DNA of 48,869 nt, taken from the NCBI GenBank assembly GCA_964507625.1, contig CAZDPR010000005.1, positions 1 to 48,869 of the forward strand, read 5' to 3'. The translations under genes and the position numbers were made by a program. Position 1 is the first letter of the stretch. Each line of letters starts with the position of its first letter. This DNA is from an uncultured Candidatus Saccharibacteria bacterium. GTDB lineage: Bacteria > Patescibacteriota > Minisyncoccia > Phycocordibacterales > UBA1006. Below are positions 9,689 to 20,386 of the stretch, piece by piece. The notes beneath the pieces are model-generated. The model saw nothing but the letters and a program-made list of their open reading frames with translations. It was not told the DNA's origin and made no database searches.

Positions 9689-12600
9689 ATGAAAAATATT
9701 AAAAATACAGAGAAACATGTAACCTATATTCCGGATACTATTTCTCTTTCATTGGCATCACCAGAAAAAATTCTCGATTGGTCATACGGTGAAATTCAAA
9801 AACCAGAAACTATTAACTACCGAACTGGACGATCTGAGCGCGGTGGACTATTCGACGAACGAGTGTTTGGTCCAGAACGAGATTATGAATGTTATTGTGG
9901 TAAATATAAACGAATTCGTTACGCAGGAATTGTTTGTGAAAAATGTGGTGTAGAAGTAACAAAATCAATTGTGCGACGAGAACGTATGGGGCACATTGAA
10001 CTCGCAAGCCCTGTGGTACATATTTGGTTTTTACGAGCAATTCCGTCACGAATTTCTTCACTTTTAGATGTTGGAGTAGCAAACTTAGAAAAAGTTGTTT
10101 ATTTTGGTGGATACATTATCACTGATGTTCATGAAACAGAACGACAAAAGGTACTCAAAGATTTAGAGCATGAATATAAAGTTAGAATGAAAACTCTCGA
10201 AAGTGATGCTGATAAAGAAAAATTACAAGAACTTTTTTCAACAACCAAAAAAGAAATTTCTGAAATTGTTCCCCATCGCGTGTTAACAGAAGTAGAATTT
10301 CATAAATTTTCTGTTCGTTATGGAACAGTGTTTGAAGCAGGAATCGGAGCAGAGGCATTATACGATATTTTCAAAAAAATGGATCTGCAAAAACTTGCTG
10401 ATGAGCTCGAAAAAACAATTGAGAAAAAAGGGGATACGCTCAGTAAAGATAAGTTAGAAAAACGATTACAATTAGTGCGTTCATTTATCGTTTCTGGTCA
10501 GCGTCCAGAATGGATGTTTTTAAAGCGGATTCCAGTTATTCCACCCGCACTTCGTCCAATGGTTGCATTGGAAGGTGGGCGGTTTGCAACATCAGATGTA
10601 AATGATCTCTATCGAAGAGTAATCAATCGAAACAATCGTTTGAAAAAATTGAAAGAAATCGGTGCTCCTGATGTAATTTTACGAAATGAAAAACGAATTC
10701 TCCAAGAAGCTGTTGATTCATTGGTAGATAATACGATTCGTAAAAGTTCAGGTTCTACAGCAATGAATCAGTCGCAAAAACGACAACTCAAATCACTGTC
10801 AGATTATCTCAAAGGAAAACAGGGTATTTTCCGACAAAACTTACTCGGAAAACGAGTAGATTATTCTGGGCGTTCGGTGATCGTAGTTGGTCCAAACTTG
10901 AAATTGAATCAATGTGGATTACCAAAATATATGGCGCTCGAATTATTCCGACCATTTGTAATTTCTGAAATTATTAAACGAGAACTTGCATTCAATATTC
11001 GTGGTGCTGGAAAATTAATTGAAGATGGAGTGCCAGAAGTTTGGGAAATTTTGGAACAAGTAATTCAAGGGAAACATGTTCTTTTAAACCGTGCACCAAC
11101 ACTTCACCGATTATCTATTCAGGCATTTCATCCAGTATTGATCGAAGGAAAGGCAATTCAAGTACACCCATTAGTATGTTCTGCATTTAACGCTGACTTC
11201 GATGGAGATCAAATGGCAGTACATATTCCATTATCAGAAGCGGCTCAAATCGAAGCAAAAGAACTTATTGCATCAAATAAAAACTTATTGAAACCACAAA
11301 CCGGTGATCCGGTAATGGCACCATCACAGGATATTGTACTTGGAGTATATTGGCTTACAAAAATTGTTCCCGGTAAAACTGGAGAAGGGAAATACTTCTC
11401 AAGTCCACAAGAAGCGATTCTTGCACATAGTTATGGAATCGTTGATTTACGGGCAAATATTTTTGTTCTCCCTGATACAACGCTTCGGTATGCACACCTA
11501 GAAGGAAAAGCATTTGAAACTTCAGTAGGACGAATTATATTTAACAATATTCTTCCTAAAGATTATCCGTTCATCAATGTGATCGTGAACAAGAAAGGAT
11601 TGTCAGGAGTAGTTGATACAATGATTAATAATTATGGTATTGACGCAACTCCTGCTATTCTCGACGCAATAAAATCTATTGGGTATAAATACGCTACTCA
11701 TTCAGGGACGAGTATTGGAATTGACGATGCATTGGTTCCTGCTGAAAAAACCGCCATAATTGCAGAAGGTAAAAAATTAGAAGAAACAATTGTTGAACAA
11801 TACATGGACGGTCTTATTTCTGATGAAGAACGATATACAAAATTAATTGAGTTATGGGAAGGGGTTACTCGAAAAGTAGAAAAAGCAATCGAGGCAAACT
11901 TTAATGCCTCTGAATCAATCGGAGACATGGCAGTTTCTGGTGCTCGAGGAAGTATTGGACAGCTCACCCAAATGGCAGGAATGAAAGGGGTAATCGTAAA
12001 TACGCAAGGACGACCGATTGATTTTCCAGTAATTTCATCATATAAGGAAGGTTTATCACCAATTGAATATTTCATTACGAACCATGGTTCCCGAAAAGGT
12101 CTCGCCGATTCCGCATTAAACACTGCAAACGCTGGGTACCTGACACGAAAATTGATTATGGCATCACAGGATGTAGTAGTTACTGAAATTGATTGTGGAG
12201 CGAAAAAAGGACTCGTATTACGCGAAGAAACAATTGATGGAATTATCAAACCGATTACTAAACATTTGTTTGGAAGAATTTTAGCAGAACCACTCAAAAA
12301 TAGTGATGGAGAAGTATTATTCAAAAAAGGTCATTTAATCACGAAAAGTGATATGAAATTGATTGAGAAAAGTAAAATCACTGAAGCAGTTGTTCGGTCA
12401 CCGCTCACCTGTGAGACAATTTACGGACTTTGTCAGCATTGTTACGGGCTCGACCTTGGGCGTAATCATTTAGTTAAATACGGAGAAGCTGTAGGTATTG
12501 TTTCTGCTCAGGCGATCGGTGAACCAGGGACGCAGTTAACACTCCGAACTATTCACTCAGGAGGAACATTAGGACAGGATATTACTGCAGGGCTTCCTCG

Positions 12601-13348
12601 AGTAACAGAACTTCTCGAATGTCGTGGTGCAAAATTCCCAGCAGTTATCAGTCGAGTAGATGGGGAAGTTGTTGATATTCGTTCTGAAGGTGATACTAAA
12701 ATTATTCAAATTTTAGCAGATACTGGAAAAACACAAAGTGGTGAAAAGAATCACGAATATATTATCACTATTCCACGAAGTGTTATTGTGAAAAAAGGTT
12801 CTCATATTAAAAAGGGTGATTTGATTACTGATGGTTCAGCAGATCCACATGAATTATATAAAATCGCAGGATTTGATCGAGTGCAAGAATATTTGATCGC
12901 AGAAATTTCAAAAGTATACGAAATGAACAGTTCTCCTGTTTCTCGTAAACACTTGGAAATTATTGTTCGTCAAATGTTTTCTCGAAGAAAAATCACAACT
13001 CCAGGAAGTACGCGGTTTGCTTCTGGTCAAATTGTTGAATATGTAGAATTGTTCCAAGAAAACACACGTGTAGAAAAAGAAGGAGGAATTCCTGCGCAGG
13101 CAGAAATTATCCTCATTGGAATTTCAGATATTTCATTAACTTCAAAATCTTGGATGTCTGCTGCTGCGTTTGAACGAACAACAAAAACATTAGTAAACAA
13201 AGCTATTGAAGGAGGCGCTGATGAGTTTAGAGGACTGATGGAAAATGTTATGATTGGAAATCTTATTCCAGCAGGAACAGGATTTTCAGAAGACTTTGTT
13301 CCAGAAGTTGCTGAATTTAAAAAACGAGAAGACGAATTATTAAAATAA
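9689..13348 (+). CDS. rpoC: DNA-directed RNA polymerase beta' subunit
   Basis: Zinc-finger [20 protein letters not shown], catalytic [12 protein letters not shown], trigger-loop and bridge-helix regions. Confidence 0.97.
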   Translation: MKNIKNTEKHVTYIPDTISLSLASPEKILDWSYGEIQKPETINYRTGRSERGGLFDERVFGPERDYECYCGKYKRIRYAGIVCEKCGVEVTKSIVRRERMGHIELASPVVHIWFLRAIPSRISSLLDVGVANLEKVVYFGGYIITDVHETERQKVLKDLEHEYKVRMKTLESDADKEKLQELFSTTKKEISEIVPHRVLTEVEFHKFSVRYGTVFEAGIGAEALYDIFKKMDLQKLADELEKTIEKKGDTLSKDKLEKRLQLVRSFIVSGQRPEWMFLKRIPVIPPALRPMVALEGGRFATSDVNDLYRRVINRNNRLKKLKEIGAPDVILRNEKRILQEAVDSLVDNTIRKSSGSTAMNQSQKRQLKSLSDYLKGKQGIFRQNLLGKRVDYSGRSVIVVGPNLKLNQCGLPKYMALELFRPFVISEIIKRELAFNIRGAGKLIEDGVPEVWEILEQVIQGKHVLLNRAPTLHRLSIQAFHPVLIEGKAIQVHPLVCSAFNADFDGDQMAVHIPLSEAAQIEAKELIASNKNLLKPQTGDPVMAPSQDIVLGVYWLTKIVPGKTGEGKYFSSPQEAILAHSYGIVDLRANIFVLPDTTLRYAHLEGKAFETSVGRIIFNNILPKDYPFINVIVNKKGLSGVVDTMINNYGIDATPAILDAIKSIGYKYATHSGTSIGIDDALVPAEKTAIIAEGKKLEETIVEQYMDGLISDEERYTKLIELWEGVTRKVEKAIEANFNASESIGDMAVSGARGSIGQLTQMAGMKGVIVNTQGRPIDFPVISSYKEGLSPIEYFITNHGSRKGLADSALNTANAGYLTRKLIMASQDVVVTEIDCGAKKGLVLREETIDGIIKPITKHLFGRILAEPLKNSDGEVLFKKGHLITKSDMKLIEKSKITEAVVRSPLTCETIYGLCQHCYGLDLGRNHLVKYGEAVGIVSAQAIGEPGTQLTLRTIHSGGTLGQDITAGLPRVTELLECRGAKFPAVISRVDGEVVDIRSEGDTKIIQILADTGKTQSGEKNHEYIITIPRSVIVKKGSHIKKGDLITDGSADPHELYKIAGFDRVQEYLIAEISKVYEMNSSPVSRKHLEIIVRQMFSRRKITTPGSTRFASGQIVEYVELFQENTRVEKEGGIPAQAEIILIGISDISLTSKSWMSAAAFERTTKTLVNKAIEGGADEFRGLMENVMIGNLIPAGTGFSEDFVPEVAEFKKREDELLK

Positions 13349-13354
13349 TAGCTA

Positions 13355-13384
13355 CAAAGAACGTTTTTCATAAAACGTTCTTTG
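13355..13384 (+). terminator. Perfect 13-bp hairpin between rpoC and dnaG (partial terminator or processing site)
   Basis: caaagaacgtttt-tcat-aaaacgttctttg. The downstream U-tract is poor (gtgtttgt), and the hairpin ends 8 nt before the dnaG ATG. Confidence 0.45.
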
Positions 13385-13392
13385 GTGTTTGT

Positions 13393-15096
13393 ATGGAATC
13401 TGCAAAAGAAATAGTACGATCAAAATTACTCATACAAGATGTTATCGGTTCATATGTGGGCCTTATTCCTGTTGGCCATCATTTCAAAGCATGTTGTCCA
13501 TTTCATCATGAAAAAACACCGAGTTTTAATATTAACACCGAACGTCAAATGTTCTATTGTTTTGGTTGCAAAAAGGGTGGAGATATTTTTACATTTATCC
13601 AAGAAATTGAACATGTAGATTTTAAAGAAGCATTAAAAATGTTAGCAGAACGAGCAGGTGTAGACCTCATGCAGTCGAAAGAATTAGTACAAGACGCAAA
13701 ACAAAAGAAAAAACTTTATGATATTCATGAGTATACAACACGTTATTACCAAGTAATTCTTTCAAAAAATAATGAAATCATTCAGTATTTATTAGATCGT
13801 GGTATTACTCGTGAATCAATAAAAAAATGGAGAATCGGATTTGCTCCAGACGGTTTTCAGAATATTGTTCCAACACTTCGCACAAAAAATTTTTCTGATA
13901 CGGATCTTATTGCGTCAGGAATTGCTATTCGTAATGAAAAAGGGAATGTGTATGAACGATTTCGAGGAAGAATCATGTTTCCTATTACCGATCAATCAGG
14001 AAAAGTAATTGGTTTTTCAGGACGAATTGCTCCTCATACAAAAGAATCACAACGGGAAGCTGTCGGTAAGTATATTAATTCACCTGAAACCGATCTCTAT
14101 CATAAATCAAAGGCACTTTTCGGTTGGTCACATGCAAAATCTGCTACCGCAAAGGAACGAAAAATAATTCTCGTAGAAGGTCAATTTGATGCGGTGCTAG
14201 TTCACCAGTCAGGATATGAGTATGTTGTTGCTCTTTCAGGAACAGCGAGCACAGGGTATCATATTGAACAACTCTCTCGATTTGCTGATGAGTTTATTAT
14301 TGCTACTGATAATGATTATGCAGGTATACAATCTGCTAAAAAAATTGCAGAATCTGCATATGCATTTGAAAAATCAATATCAATTATTATTCTTCCCGAA
14401 GGTAAAGACCCTGCTGATGTAATTAAGAATAATAGAGATGATTGGGTAAATCTTTTTGATAATAGGAAAGATTTTATAGAATTTTATATTACTACACAAA
14501 AAAATAAGGATATTAAAGAAAAAATACAATCAGTACAAAATTTTCTTTTTCCAATTATTGCATTAATTCAGAATGATATTTATCGAGATGCGCAATTACA
14601 AAAAATTGCACATATATTATTAATTTCTTTTGATGGTGTTCGAGCTGAATTTCAAAAATTTTTCAATAATAGAAAAATGGTTAATGAACATGGAGTTGTT
14701 TCAGATGGAGTAGTAAATGAAAAATCTATTACTGATTCAGTAACATTACAGCTTAAAGATTTAGTTTTTCTTTATCAATATCAAGAAAATGCAAAAGAGT
14801 GGTTTGATCGTAATCAAGAGTCTTTACAGTATATTACGAACCGACTCATGATTCTTACCGAATCAGATATTCCTTATTATCTCGTTCGTTATAAAAACAT
14901 TGATAAGGAAACGGTAGAAAAAAAACTTGATTCATTATGGAGTCATCTACAAATTGCCTTAATTGACAATCAGATAAAGATGCTTACAATGCAATTAAAA
15001 GAAAAAACATCTGTAGAAGATATTTCAATCATGCAAAAAGAAATCATGCAACTTACCCAAGAAAAGGAAAAGATTAGTAGTTTTTTATTAGATTAA
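13393..15096 (+). CDS. dnaG: DNA primase DnaG
   Basis: CHC2 zinc finger CCPFHHEKTPSF...CFGCKKGG and TOPRIM motifs EGQFDAV and ATDNDYAG. Confidence 0.93.
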   Translation: MESAKEIVRSKLLIQDVIGSYVGLIPVGHHFKACCPFHHEKTPSFNINTERQMFYCFGCKKGGDIFTFIQEIEHVDFKEALKMLAERAGVDLMQSKELVQDAKQKKKLYDIHEYTTRYYQVILSKNNEIIQYLLDRGITRESIKKWRIGFAPDGFQNIVPTLRTKNFSDTDLIASGIAIRNEKGNVYERFRGRIMFPITDQSGKVIGFSGRIAPHTKESQREAVGKYINSPETDLYHKSKALFGWSHAKSATAKERKIILVEGQFDAVLVHQSGYEYVVALSGTASTGYHIEQLSRFADEFIIATDNDYAGIQSAKKIAESAYAFEKSISIIILPEGKDPADVIKNNRDDWVNLFDNRKDFIEFYITTQKNKDIKEKIQSVQNFLFPIIALIQNDIYRDAQLQKIAHILLISFDGVRAEFQKFFNNRKMVNEHGVVSDGVVNEKSITDSVTLQLKDLVFLYQYQENAKEWFDRNQESLQYITNRLMILTESDIPYYLVRYKNIDKETVEKKLDSLWSHLQIALIDNQIKMLTMQLKEKTSVEDISIMQKEIMQLTQEKEKISSFLLD

Positions 15097-16446
15097 ATGA
15101 TACCTATTACTATGGCTCAATCATCAAAAAAAGTAACCAAAAAGGTTATTGCTAAAAAAACTGTGGTTAAAAAAACTACCCCTAAAAAAGTGGTCAAAAA
15201 ACCGGTAGTTAAAAAAGTTGCTCCTAAAAAAGTAACCAAAAAGGTTATTGCTAAAAAAACTGTGGTTAAAAAAACTACCCCTAAAAAAGTGGTCAAAAAA
15301 CCGGTAGTTAAAAAAGTTGCTCCTAAAAAAGCACCTGCATTACCGGTAAAAGGAGTTACTCCTGAAGAGGTGCAGGAACGACTAGAATCACTCATTCAAA
15401 AAGGAAAAAAACGAAGATTTGTGACTTATGAAGAAATTTTAAAATCTTTCCCAGATGTAGAAGATAATATTTTATTTCTCGATGAACTGTATGTAAAGCT
15501 TGCTGATGCTGGGATTGATGTTTTAGAGAGTGGAAATTTGCTCAGTTTTGATGGGTCTACAGATAAGCAGTTGGAAGATCTTCTCGGTAAAAAATATGAC
15601 CGTGAACGAGCAAGTGGTTATGATTCAATTCAAATGTATCTCAAAGAAATCGGAAAGTATCCATTGATTCGTGCAGCGGAAGAAAAAGAGCTTGCTCGGA
15701 GAATTTTGGCAGGTGATGAGGAGGCAAAAAACTTGCTTGCACAAGCCAATTTGCGATTAGTGGTTTCTGTTGCTAAAAAATATTCTACCCGGAGCTCTGA
15801 TTTAACATTGCTTGATTTAATTCAAGAAGGAAATATTGGACTTTATAAAGCTGTAGAAAAATTTGATTGGACAAAAGGATTTAAATTCAGTACTTATGCA
15901 ATGTGGTGGATTCGTCAGTCAATTACTCGTGCTATTGCTGATCAATCTCGAACAATTCGAATCCCTGTTCACATGGTAGAAACTATTTCAAAATTTAAAC
16001 AGGTGACACGCCGAATGGAGCAAGATTTAGGACGTACTCCGCTCCCCGAAGAAATTGCTCTTGAAATGGGACTTGAAGTAGAAAAGATTCATATGATCAA
16101 TAAAATTAATCAATCGACTATGTCGCTGGAAGAAACAATTGGTTCAGGCGATGACGATAAATCTACGCGAGGCGAATTTATTGCGGATGATAAAATTCTC
16201 TCTCCAGATAAAGAGGCATCAAAAAGAATTTTACATGATCAAATTCGAGAAATTTTAGACGATCTTTCTGATAAAGAACGAAAAATTATTGAAATGCGTT
16301 ACGGGCTAGTAGATGGTATTAATCACACATTAGAAGAAGTAGGGAAAGAGTTCGGAGTAACGCGTGAGCGTATTCGTCAAATTGAAGCAAAGGTGCACGA
16401 TAAAATGCGAACCAATGAAAAAATACTTAAACTTAAAGATTACTAA
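15097..16446 (+). CDS. rpoD: Primary sigma-70 factor RpoD with a Lys-rich repeated N-terminal tail
   Basis: Region 2 [29 protein letters not shown] and region 4.2 [23 protein letters not shown]. The ATG abuts the dnaG TAA (TAAATG). ATG at 15112 is an alternative start. Confidence 0.93.
   Translation: MIPITMAQSSKKVTKKVIAKKTVVKKTTPKKVVKKPVVKKVAPKKVTKKVIAKKTVVKKTTPKKVVKKPVVKKVAPKKAPALPVKGVTPEEVQERLESLIQKGKKRRFVTYEEILKSFPDVEDNILFLDELYVKLADAGIDVLESGNLLSFDGSTDKQLEDLLGKKYDRERASGYDSIQMYLKEIGKYPLIRAAEEKELARRILAGDEEAKNLLAQANLRLVVSVAKKYSTRSSDLTLLDLIQEGNIGLYKAVEKFDWTKGFKFSTYAMWWIRQSITRAIADQSRTIRIPVHMVETISKFKQVTRRMEQDLGRTPLPEEIALEMGLEVEKIHMINKINQSTMSLEETIGSGDDDKSTRGEFIADDKILSPDKEASKRILHDQIREILDDLSDKERKIIEMRYGLVDGINHTLEEVGKEFGVTRERIRQIEAKVHDKMRTNEKILKLKDY
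15127..15331 (+). repeat. Perfect tandem direct repeat, period 99 bp (2.07 copies), inside rpoD
   Basis: nt 15127-15232 are identical base for base to nt 15226-15331. Each unit encodes [33 protein letters not shown]. Confidence 0.97.
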
Positions 16447-16467
16447 TAGAATTATAGCTGTAGATAC

Positions 16468-16500
16468 AAAAAAATTCCTTCTTAACAAAAGGGATTTTTT
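16468..16500 (+). terminator. rpoD terminator
   Basis: aaaaaaattcc-loop-gggatttttt (one G-U pair). Confidence 0.55.
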
Positions 16501-17751
16501 GTGTATACTAGTATTTATATGGAATTTATTAATGAGGGGTTTACCTATGTAGCCCTGTTTCTTTCTCTTTACTTTCAAATATTCTTACTTTTAACCTATT
16601 TTGGGTGGTCTCGTAAAGAAATTTATGATGGGTTTTCTGAATCAGAACTCCCAACAGTTTCCATTATGGTTCCATGTTTTAATGAGGAATCAACTGTAGT
16701 AAAAACAGTAGAATCACTTTTGGAATTAGATTATCCAAAAGATAAATTATTTGTAGTTGTGATTGATGATGGGTCAACTGATAACACATGGAATGTAGTA
16801 CAAAAATTTGCTCAGCATCCTCAGGTGCAATTGCATCATAAAGAAAATGAAGGGAGTAAATATGCTGCATTAAATTACGGACTGGATCGTATTCATACAG
16901 ATATTGTAGGATGTTTAGATGCTGATTCCAGAGTAGATACACAGGCATTACGACATTCTATTCTTCCTTTTTCTGATCCAGAAACAATGTGTGTAGTACC
17001 ATCGATGATTATTGATCAACCAAAAACAATTTGGCAGTATATTCAAAAGCCAGAATATGAGGTGGGGATTTATCTGCGAAAGGTTCTTAGTCAGTTAAAT
17101 GCGCTCTATGTTACCCCTGGTCCATTTAGTATTTTCCGTCGTTCGGTTTTTGACACTATTGGATATTATGCAGAAGCTCACCATACTGAAGATTTAGAAA
17201 TTGCACTCCGTATGCAGGTACACGGGATGAAAATTGTACATGCAGAAAAATCTATCGTATATACCCATGGACCAAAAACATGGAATGCATTGTTGAAACA
17301 ACGTATTCGTTGGACTTACGGAGGTATGAAAAATATTATTTCTGATTATCGACATGCGTTATTTAGTCGAAAATTAGGAAACCTAGGGACCATTGTACTA
17401 CCTTTCTCTCTGATTACAATCACAGTAGCAATGATGTCATTTCCTCTGATTATTTGGGGTGTTATGAAAAATGTATATAATAAAATTACAGAACTTTCTG
17501 TTACCGGATTATCATTCAGTAATCCAACATTTGATCCATTTTTTGTTTCTGCTCAGGCATATGTACTCCTTGGAATACTTATGCTAACCATTACTGTTTT
17601 AATTATGTATATTAGTCGGAGAAGTATTTTACGATCACGATTATTATCATTTGATCTTCTTACATTTTTTATTTATCCTTTTTTCGCATCATGGTGGACA
17701 ATTCGATCGACCTATAATTTTATTCGGTCAAAAAAATCTGCATGGCGCTAA
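16501..17751 (+). CDS. Processive family-2 glycosyltransferase (NodC/IcaA/cellulose-synthase-like) with C-terminal TM helices
   Basis: VPCFNEE, VIDDGSTDNT, LDADS, TEDLE and the QRIRW (QxxRW) motif. GTG start at 16501; ATG at 16519 is the alternative. Confidence 0.85.
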   Translation: MYTSIYMEFINEGFTYVALFLSLYFQIFLLLTYFGWSRKEIYDGFSESELPTVSIMVPCFNEESTVVKTVESLLELDYPKDKLFVVVIDDGSTDNTWNVVQKFAQHPQVQLHHKENEGSKYAALNYGLDRIHTDIVGCLDADSRVDTQALRHSILPFSDPETMCVVPSMIIDQPKTIWQYIQKPEYEVGIYLRKVLSQLNALYVTPGPFSIFRRSVFDTIGYYAEAHHTEDLEIALRMQVHGMKIVHAEKSIVYTHGPKTWNALLKQRIRWTYGGMKNIISDYRHALFSRKLGNLGTIVLPFSLITITVAMMSFPLIIWGVMKNVYNKITELSVTGLSFSNPTFDPFFVSAQAYVLLGILMLTITVLIMYISRRSILRSRLLSFDLLTFFIYPFFASWWTIRSTYNFIRSKKSAWR

Positions 17752-17760
17752 TATTTTTTT

Positions 17761-18468
17761 ATGAAACATCACCAAGATAATTTTGAATGGTTTAAATTTG
17801 TGGTAACATTTATTATTACCGCAGGTATTTTTATCACCATTTTCTTTGTTACAAAAATTATTAATGAAAAAAAGCTTTCAGAAATTCGTTCAATTCAGGA
17901 TAAAATTTCTATCGACCTTCTTTCTTCTGAAACGCAATTTTCTTTATTAAAACGATCGACATGTACCCAGGACGGAAATTCGCTCCTTGCGCCAGAAATT
18001 GGAAAACTCGGGGAACGACTATCATTTATGGAAAGTGAATTAGGTGCCAATAATGAAAGTGTATTAGGACTTAAAAAATATTATTCACTTTTACAAATAA
18101 AAGATTACCTTCTCGGGCTTGAGCTTTCAGAAAAATGTGATTTCAAACCAATTTACATTTTATATTTCTATAAAAATGACTGTACAGATTGTGAAAAACA
18201 GGGTTATGTATTGACTGCTCTCCGAGAAAAATATCCAGAATTACGGGTGTATTCTTTTGATGCAGATCTTGACCTATCTGCAATCGCAACATTAGAAACA
18301 ATGTATAGTATTTCAAATGAAGGACTTCCTGCATTAGTTATTAATGAAAAGCTTTATAAAGGGTTTCAGTCAATTGAAACGATCGAAAAACTAATTCCAG
18401 AATTGAAAAAAATGATTCAAACAGAAGCAAAAGAATCAACCTCTGCAACAAAAGCAAAGAAGCAATAA
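17761..18468 (+). CDS. Membrane-anchored thioredoxin-fold-like protein with a CxxC motif
   Basis: N-terminal TM helix and YFYKNDCTDCEKQGYVL (CTDC) in a Trx-like context. Confidence 0.5.
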   Translation: MKHHQDNFEWFKFVVTFIITAGIFITIFFVTKIINEKKLSEIRSIQDKISIDLLSSETQFSLLKRSTCTQDGNSLLAPEIGKLGERLSFMESELGANNESVLGLKKYYSLLQIKDYLLGLELSEKCDFKPIYILYFYKNDCTDCEKQGYVLTALREKYPELRVYSFDADLDLSAIATLETMYSISNEGLPALVINEKLYKGFQSIETIEKLIPELKKMIQTEAKESTSATKAKKQ

Positions 18469-18491
18469 AAAATCGCCAATGGCGATTTTTT
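18467..18491. terminator. Bidirectional terminator shared by convergent genes
   Basis: aaaaaatcgcc-aat-ggcgatttttt. Confidence 0.75.
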
Positions 18492-19161
18492 ATTGCCCCA
18501 ATTGAGCTAATTGTTTTTCGAGTGATTTCTGTTTTGCATATTCTTTTACAATTTGATCCATTGCAATTTTAATACCTTCACGAGTTGACCTGTCTTCTGT
18601 GGTGCTTTGCCCTACTCGTAAAATGTTATCACCTACCTGTTGGTTTACCCCCTGCATTACTAATGCATATTTAGTTCCGGTATAAGGGTTTTCTAAATCT
18701 GCAATATCTTTTAAAATAGCTGCTTGAATTTTCTCGTCACCCAAATCTGCGTTAGGACGAACAGATATGTAATAATCTATAAAAGATTTAATTTGCATAG
18801 GGAGGTCTTTAACGGTTTCAAAATTTTTCACATCTTTTCCCTTAATCGTACTTAAGACTTTCTGATATAGTGATCCATATGTTTGTTCTGCAGATGTAAG
18901 TGTTCCTTTTGTTTCATTTAATTTTCTTGTAAGATCTTGAATTTGCGCTATTCTTGCCGAATCTAATGCTTCAGTATATGTTGCCGTTGTTTCACCTTGT
19001 GTTTCAATAGAATCAGATATTGATGTTTTTATGGTTGTTTGGTTGGTATCTTTAGGGGTTTGTTCTGCTTGCACATTTCCATTCATTACGCCAAACGTTG
19101 CAGCTACTCCAATCGCGGTATTTTTTACAACCTTTTTTGCATTTTCAAAATTAAATTTCAT
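18490..19161 (-). CDS. Hypothetical secreted protein (223 aa)
   Basis: N-terminal signal-like segment ...AIGVAATFGVMNGNVQA. The consensus extended -10 TGGTATAAT is the reverse complement of 19192-19200. Confidence 0.6.
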   Translation of the reverse strand: MKFNFENAKKVVKNTAIGVAATFGVMNGNVQAEQTPKDTNQTTIKTSISDSIETQGETTATYTEALDSARIAQIQDLTRKLNETKGTLTSAEQTYGSLYQKVLSTIKGKDVKNFETVKDLPMQIKSFIDYYISVRPNADLGDEKIQAAILKDIADLENPYTGTKYALVMQGVNQQVGDNILRVGQSTTEDRSTREGIKIAMDQIVKEYAKQKSLEKQLAQLGQ

Positions 19162-19243
19162 ATAAGTATAATTATTAATAATAATAGTGGAATTATACCA
19201 TACTTATAGAAATTTTAAAAAGGGGATTTTTTATTTAAACAAT

Positions 19244-19270
19244 AAAAAACCTTGCAATGCAAGGTTTTTT
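19244..19270. terminator. Palindromic terminator downstream of tRNA-Thr
   Basis: aaaaaaccttgc-aat-gcaaggtttttt. Confidence 0.7.
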
Positions 19271-19276
19271 ATACGG

Positions 19277-19349
19277 AGCCGGCAGAGGGGTTCGAACCCA
19301 CGACCTACGGTTTACAAAACCGTTGCTCTACCAACTGAGCTATGCCGGC
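19277..19349 (-). tRNA. tRNA-Thr (anticodon UGU)
   Basis: The reverse complement GCCGGCATAGCTCAGTTGGTAGAGCAACGGTTTTGTAAACCGTAGGTCGTGGGTTCGAACCCCTCTGCCGGCT folds as a cloverleaf. Anticodon stem acggt/accgt, loop TT-TGT-AA. CCA is not encoded. Confidence 0.9.
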
Positions 19350-19403
19350 AAACAAGTTTCTTTTGAGAAACTTGTGATTATTGAGTTATCTAAACCTTGT
19401 AAG

Positions 19404-19703
19404 TTATTTTTTATTACGTTTTTCATGATAATGTTCGTGTAATAATTCACGAACTTTTTTCTTTACGGTCGTATGAATATGCATGTCATAGATAATAAAG
19501 CGATACCATTGCACAATATGTACTACCATAATGCGTAATATTTTCCTCAGGAATCGTTGGAAAGAAAACTCCCAAGATTCAATCCATGCGTGAGTATCGA
19601 TAATATGAGGTAAATGTCGAATATCACGAACGCGAGGTTTTGTTAATCGCAAAAGGATAATAATCCCAATGAGACCAACAATACTTGCAAGTAAAAAATA
19701 CAT
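19404..19703 (-). CDS. Hypothetical membrane protein (99 aa)
   Basis: N-terminal TM helix. A hairpin acaagtttc/gaaacttgt at 19351-19377 lies between this gene and the tRNA. Confidence 0.5.
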   Translation of the reverse strand: MYFLLASIVGLIGIIILLRLTKPRVRDIRHLPHIIDTHAWIESWEFSFQRFLRKILRIMVVHIVQWYRFIIYDMHIHTTVKKKVRELLHEHYHEKRNKK

Positions 19704-19747
19704 ATGTAAATCAAGTATAACTCAATTTTAGAAAAAATTCAAGTCGA

Positions 19748-20338
19748 TTACAATGCTGAAAGTCGAGAAAATTTACCAACTGAAATTTTTTCTCCCGTTT
19801 TTTGTACTAATTGATGAATCATTTGTTCAATAGTAATATCTGGATTTTTTACAAATGATTGATTCATTAATGTTTTTTCAGAGAAAAAGTCATTTAGTTT
19901 TCCTTCAAGGATTTTTTCTTTGATATCTGCAGGCTTATCTGATTTATTGATTTCTTCCATAAAGAATTCTTTTGCTTTTGCAATTGATGTTTCGTCAATA
20001 TCTTCTTTATTGGTAAATTCAGGTGCCATTGCAGTGATATGCATTGCAATATCATTTGCAGCTTGAATGAATTCTGGGTTTTGTGCTACGAAATCAGTTT
20101 CGCAGAATAATTCAACCATTGCGCCCATTTTAAGATTGGTATGTACGTATGATCCAATAATACCTGCTCCTAAACTTCGTTCTGATTTTTTTGATGCAGC
20201 ACTTGCAGAATTTTTTCGTAAAATCATACGAGCTTTTTCCATATCTCCCCCTGCTTCTTCGAGTGCTTTTTTACATTGCATCACAGAAACTCCTGTTTCG
20301 TCGCGTAATGCTTTAACATCTTCGGTTGTAATAGCCAT
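19748..20338 (-). CDS. tsf: Elongation factor Ts (short form)
   Basis: MAITTEDVKALRDETGVSVMQCKKALEEAGGDMEKA UBA-like N-terminus. Lies downstream of rpsB. Confidence 0.93.
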   Translation of the reverse strand: MAITTEDVKALRDETGVSVMQCKKALEEAGGDMEKARMILRKNSASAASKKSERSLGAGIIGSYVHTNLKMGAMVELFCETDFVAQNPEFIQAANDIAMHITAMAPEFTNKEDIDETSIAKAKEFFMEEINKSDKPADIKEKILEGKLNDFFSEKTLMNQSFVKNPDITIEQMIHQLVQKTGEKISVGKFSRLSAL

Positions 20339-20386
20339 AGTGTGTGAGTGAATATATTCACTAAATTAATACGAATAAAAGAACAA

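Noticed and set aside
11698-12324. 208-aa ORF antisense to rpoC. Similar antisense ORFs lie at 13027-13371, 20469-21014, 26872-27240, 34415-34777, 35021-35371 and 35777-36109.
   Set aside because: They fall wholly within strongly supported conserved genes on the other strand. They have low-complexity, Ser/Pro/Ile-rich translations typical of shadow ORFs.
15117-15395. 92-aa antisense ORF with internal repeats, and the question of a CRISPR-like or other non-coding repeat array
   Set aside because: The repeat is a 99-bp in-frame tandem duplication within rpoD. There are no spacers and only 2 copies, and the antisense ORF is its mirror image.
19257-19442. 61-aa plus-strand ORF
   Set aside because: It is antisense to tRNA-Thr and its flanking hairpins, so it is an artefact of the tRNA sequence.
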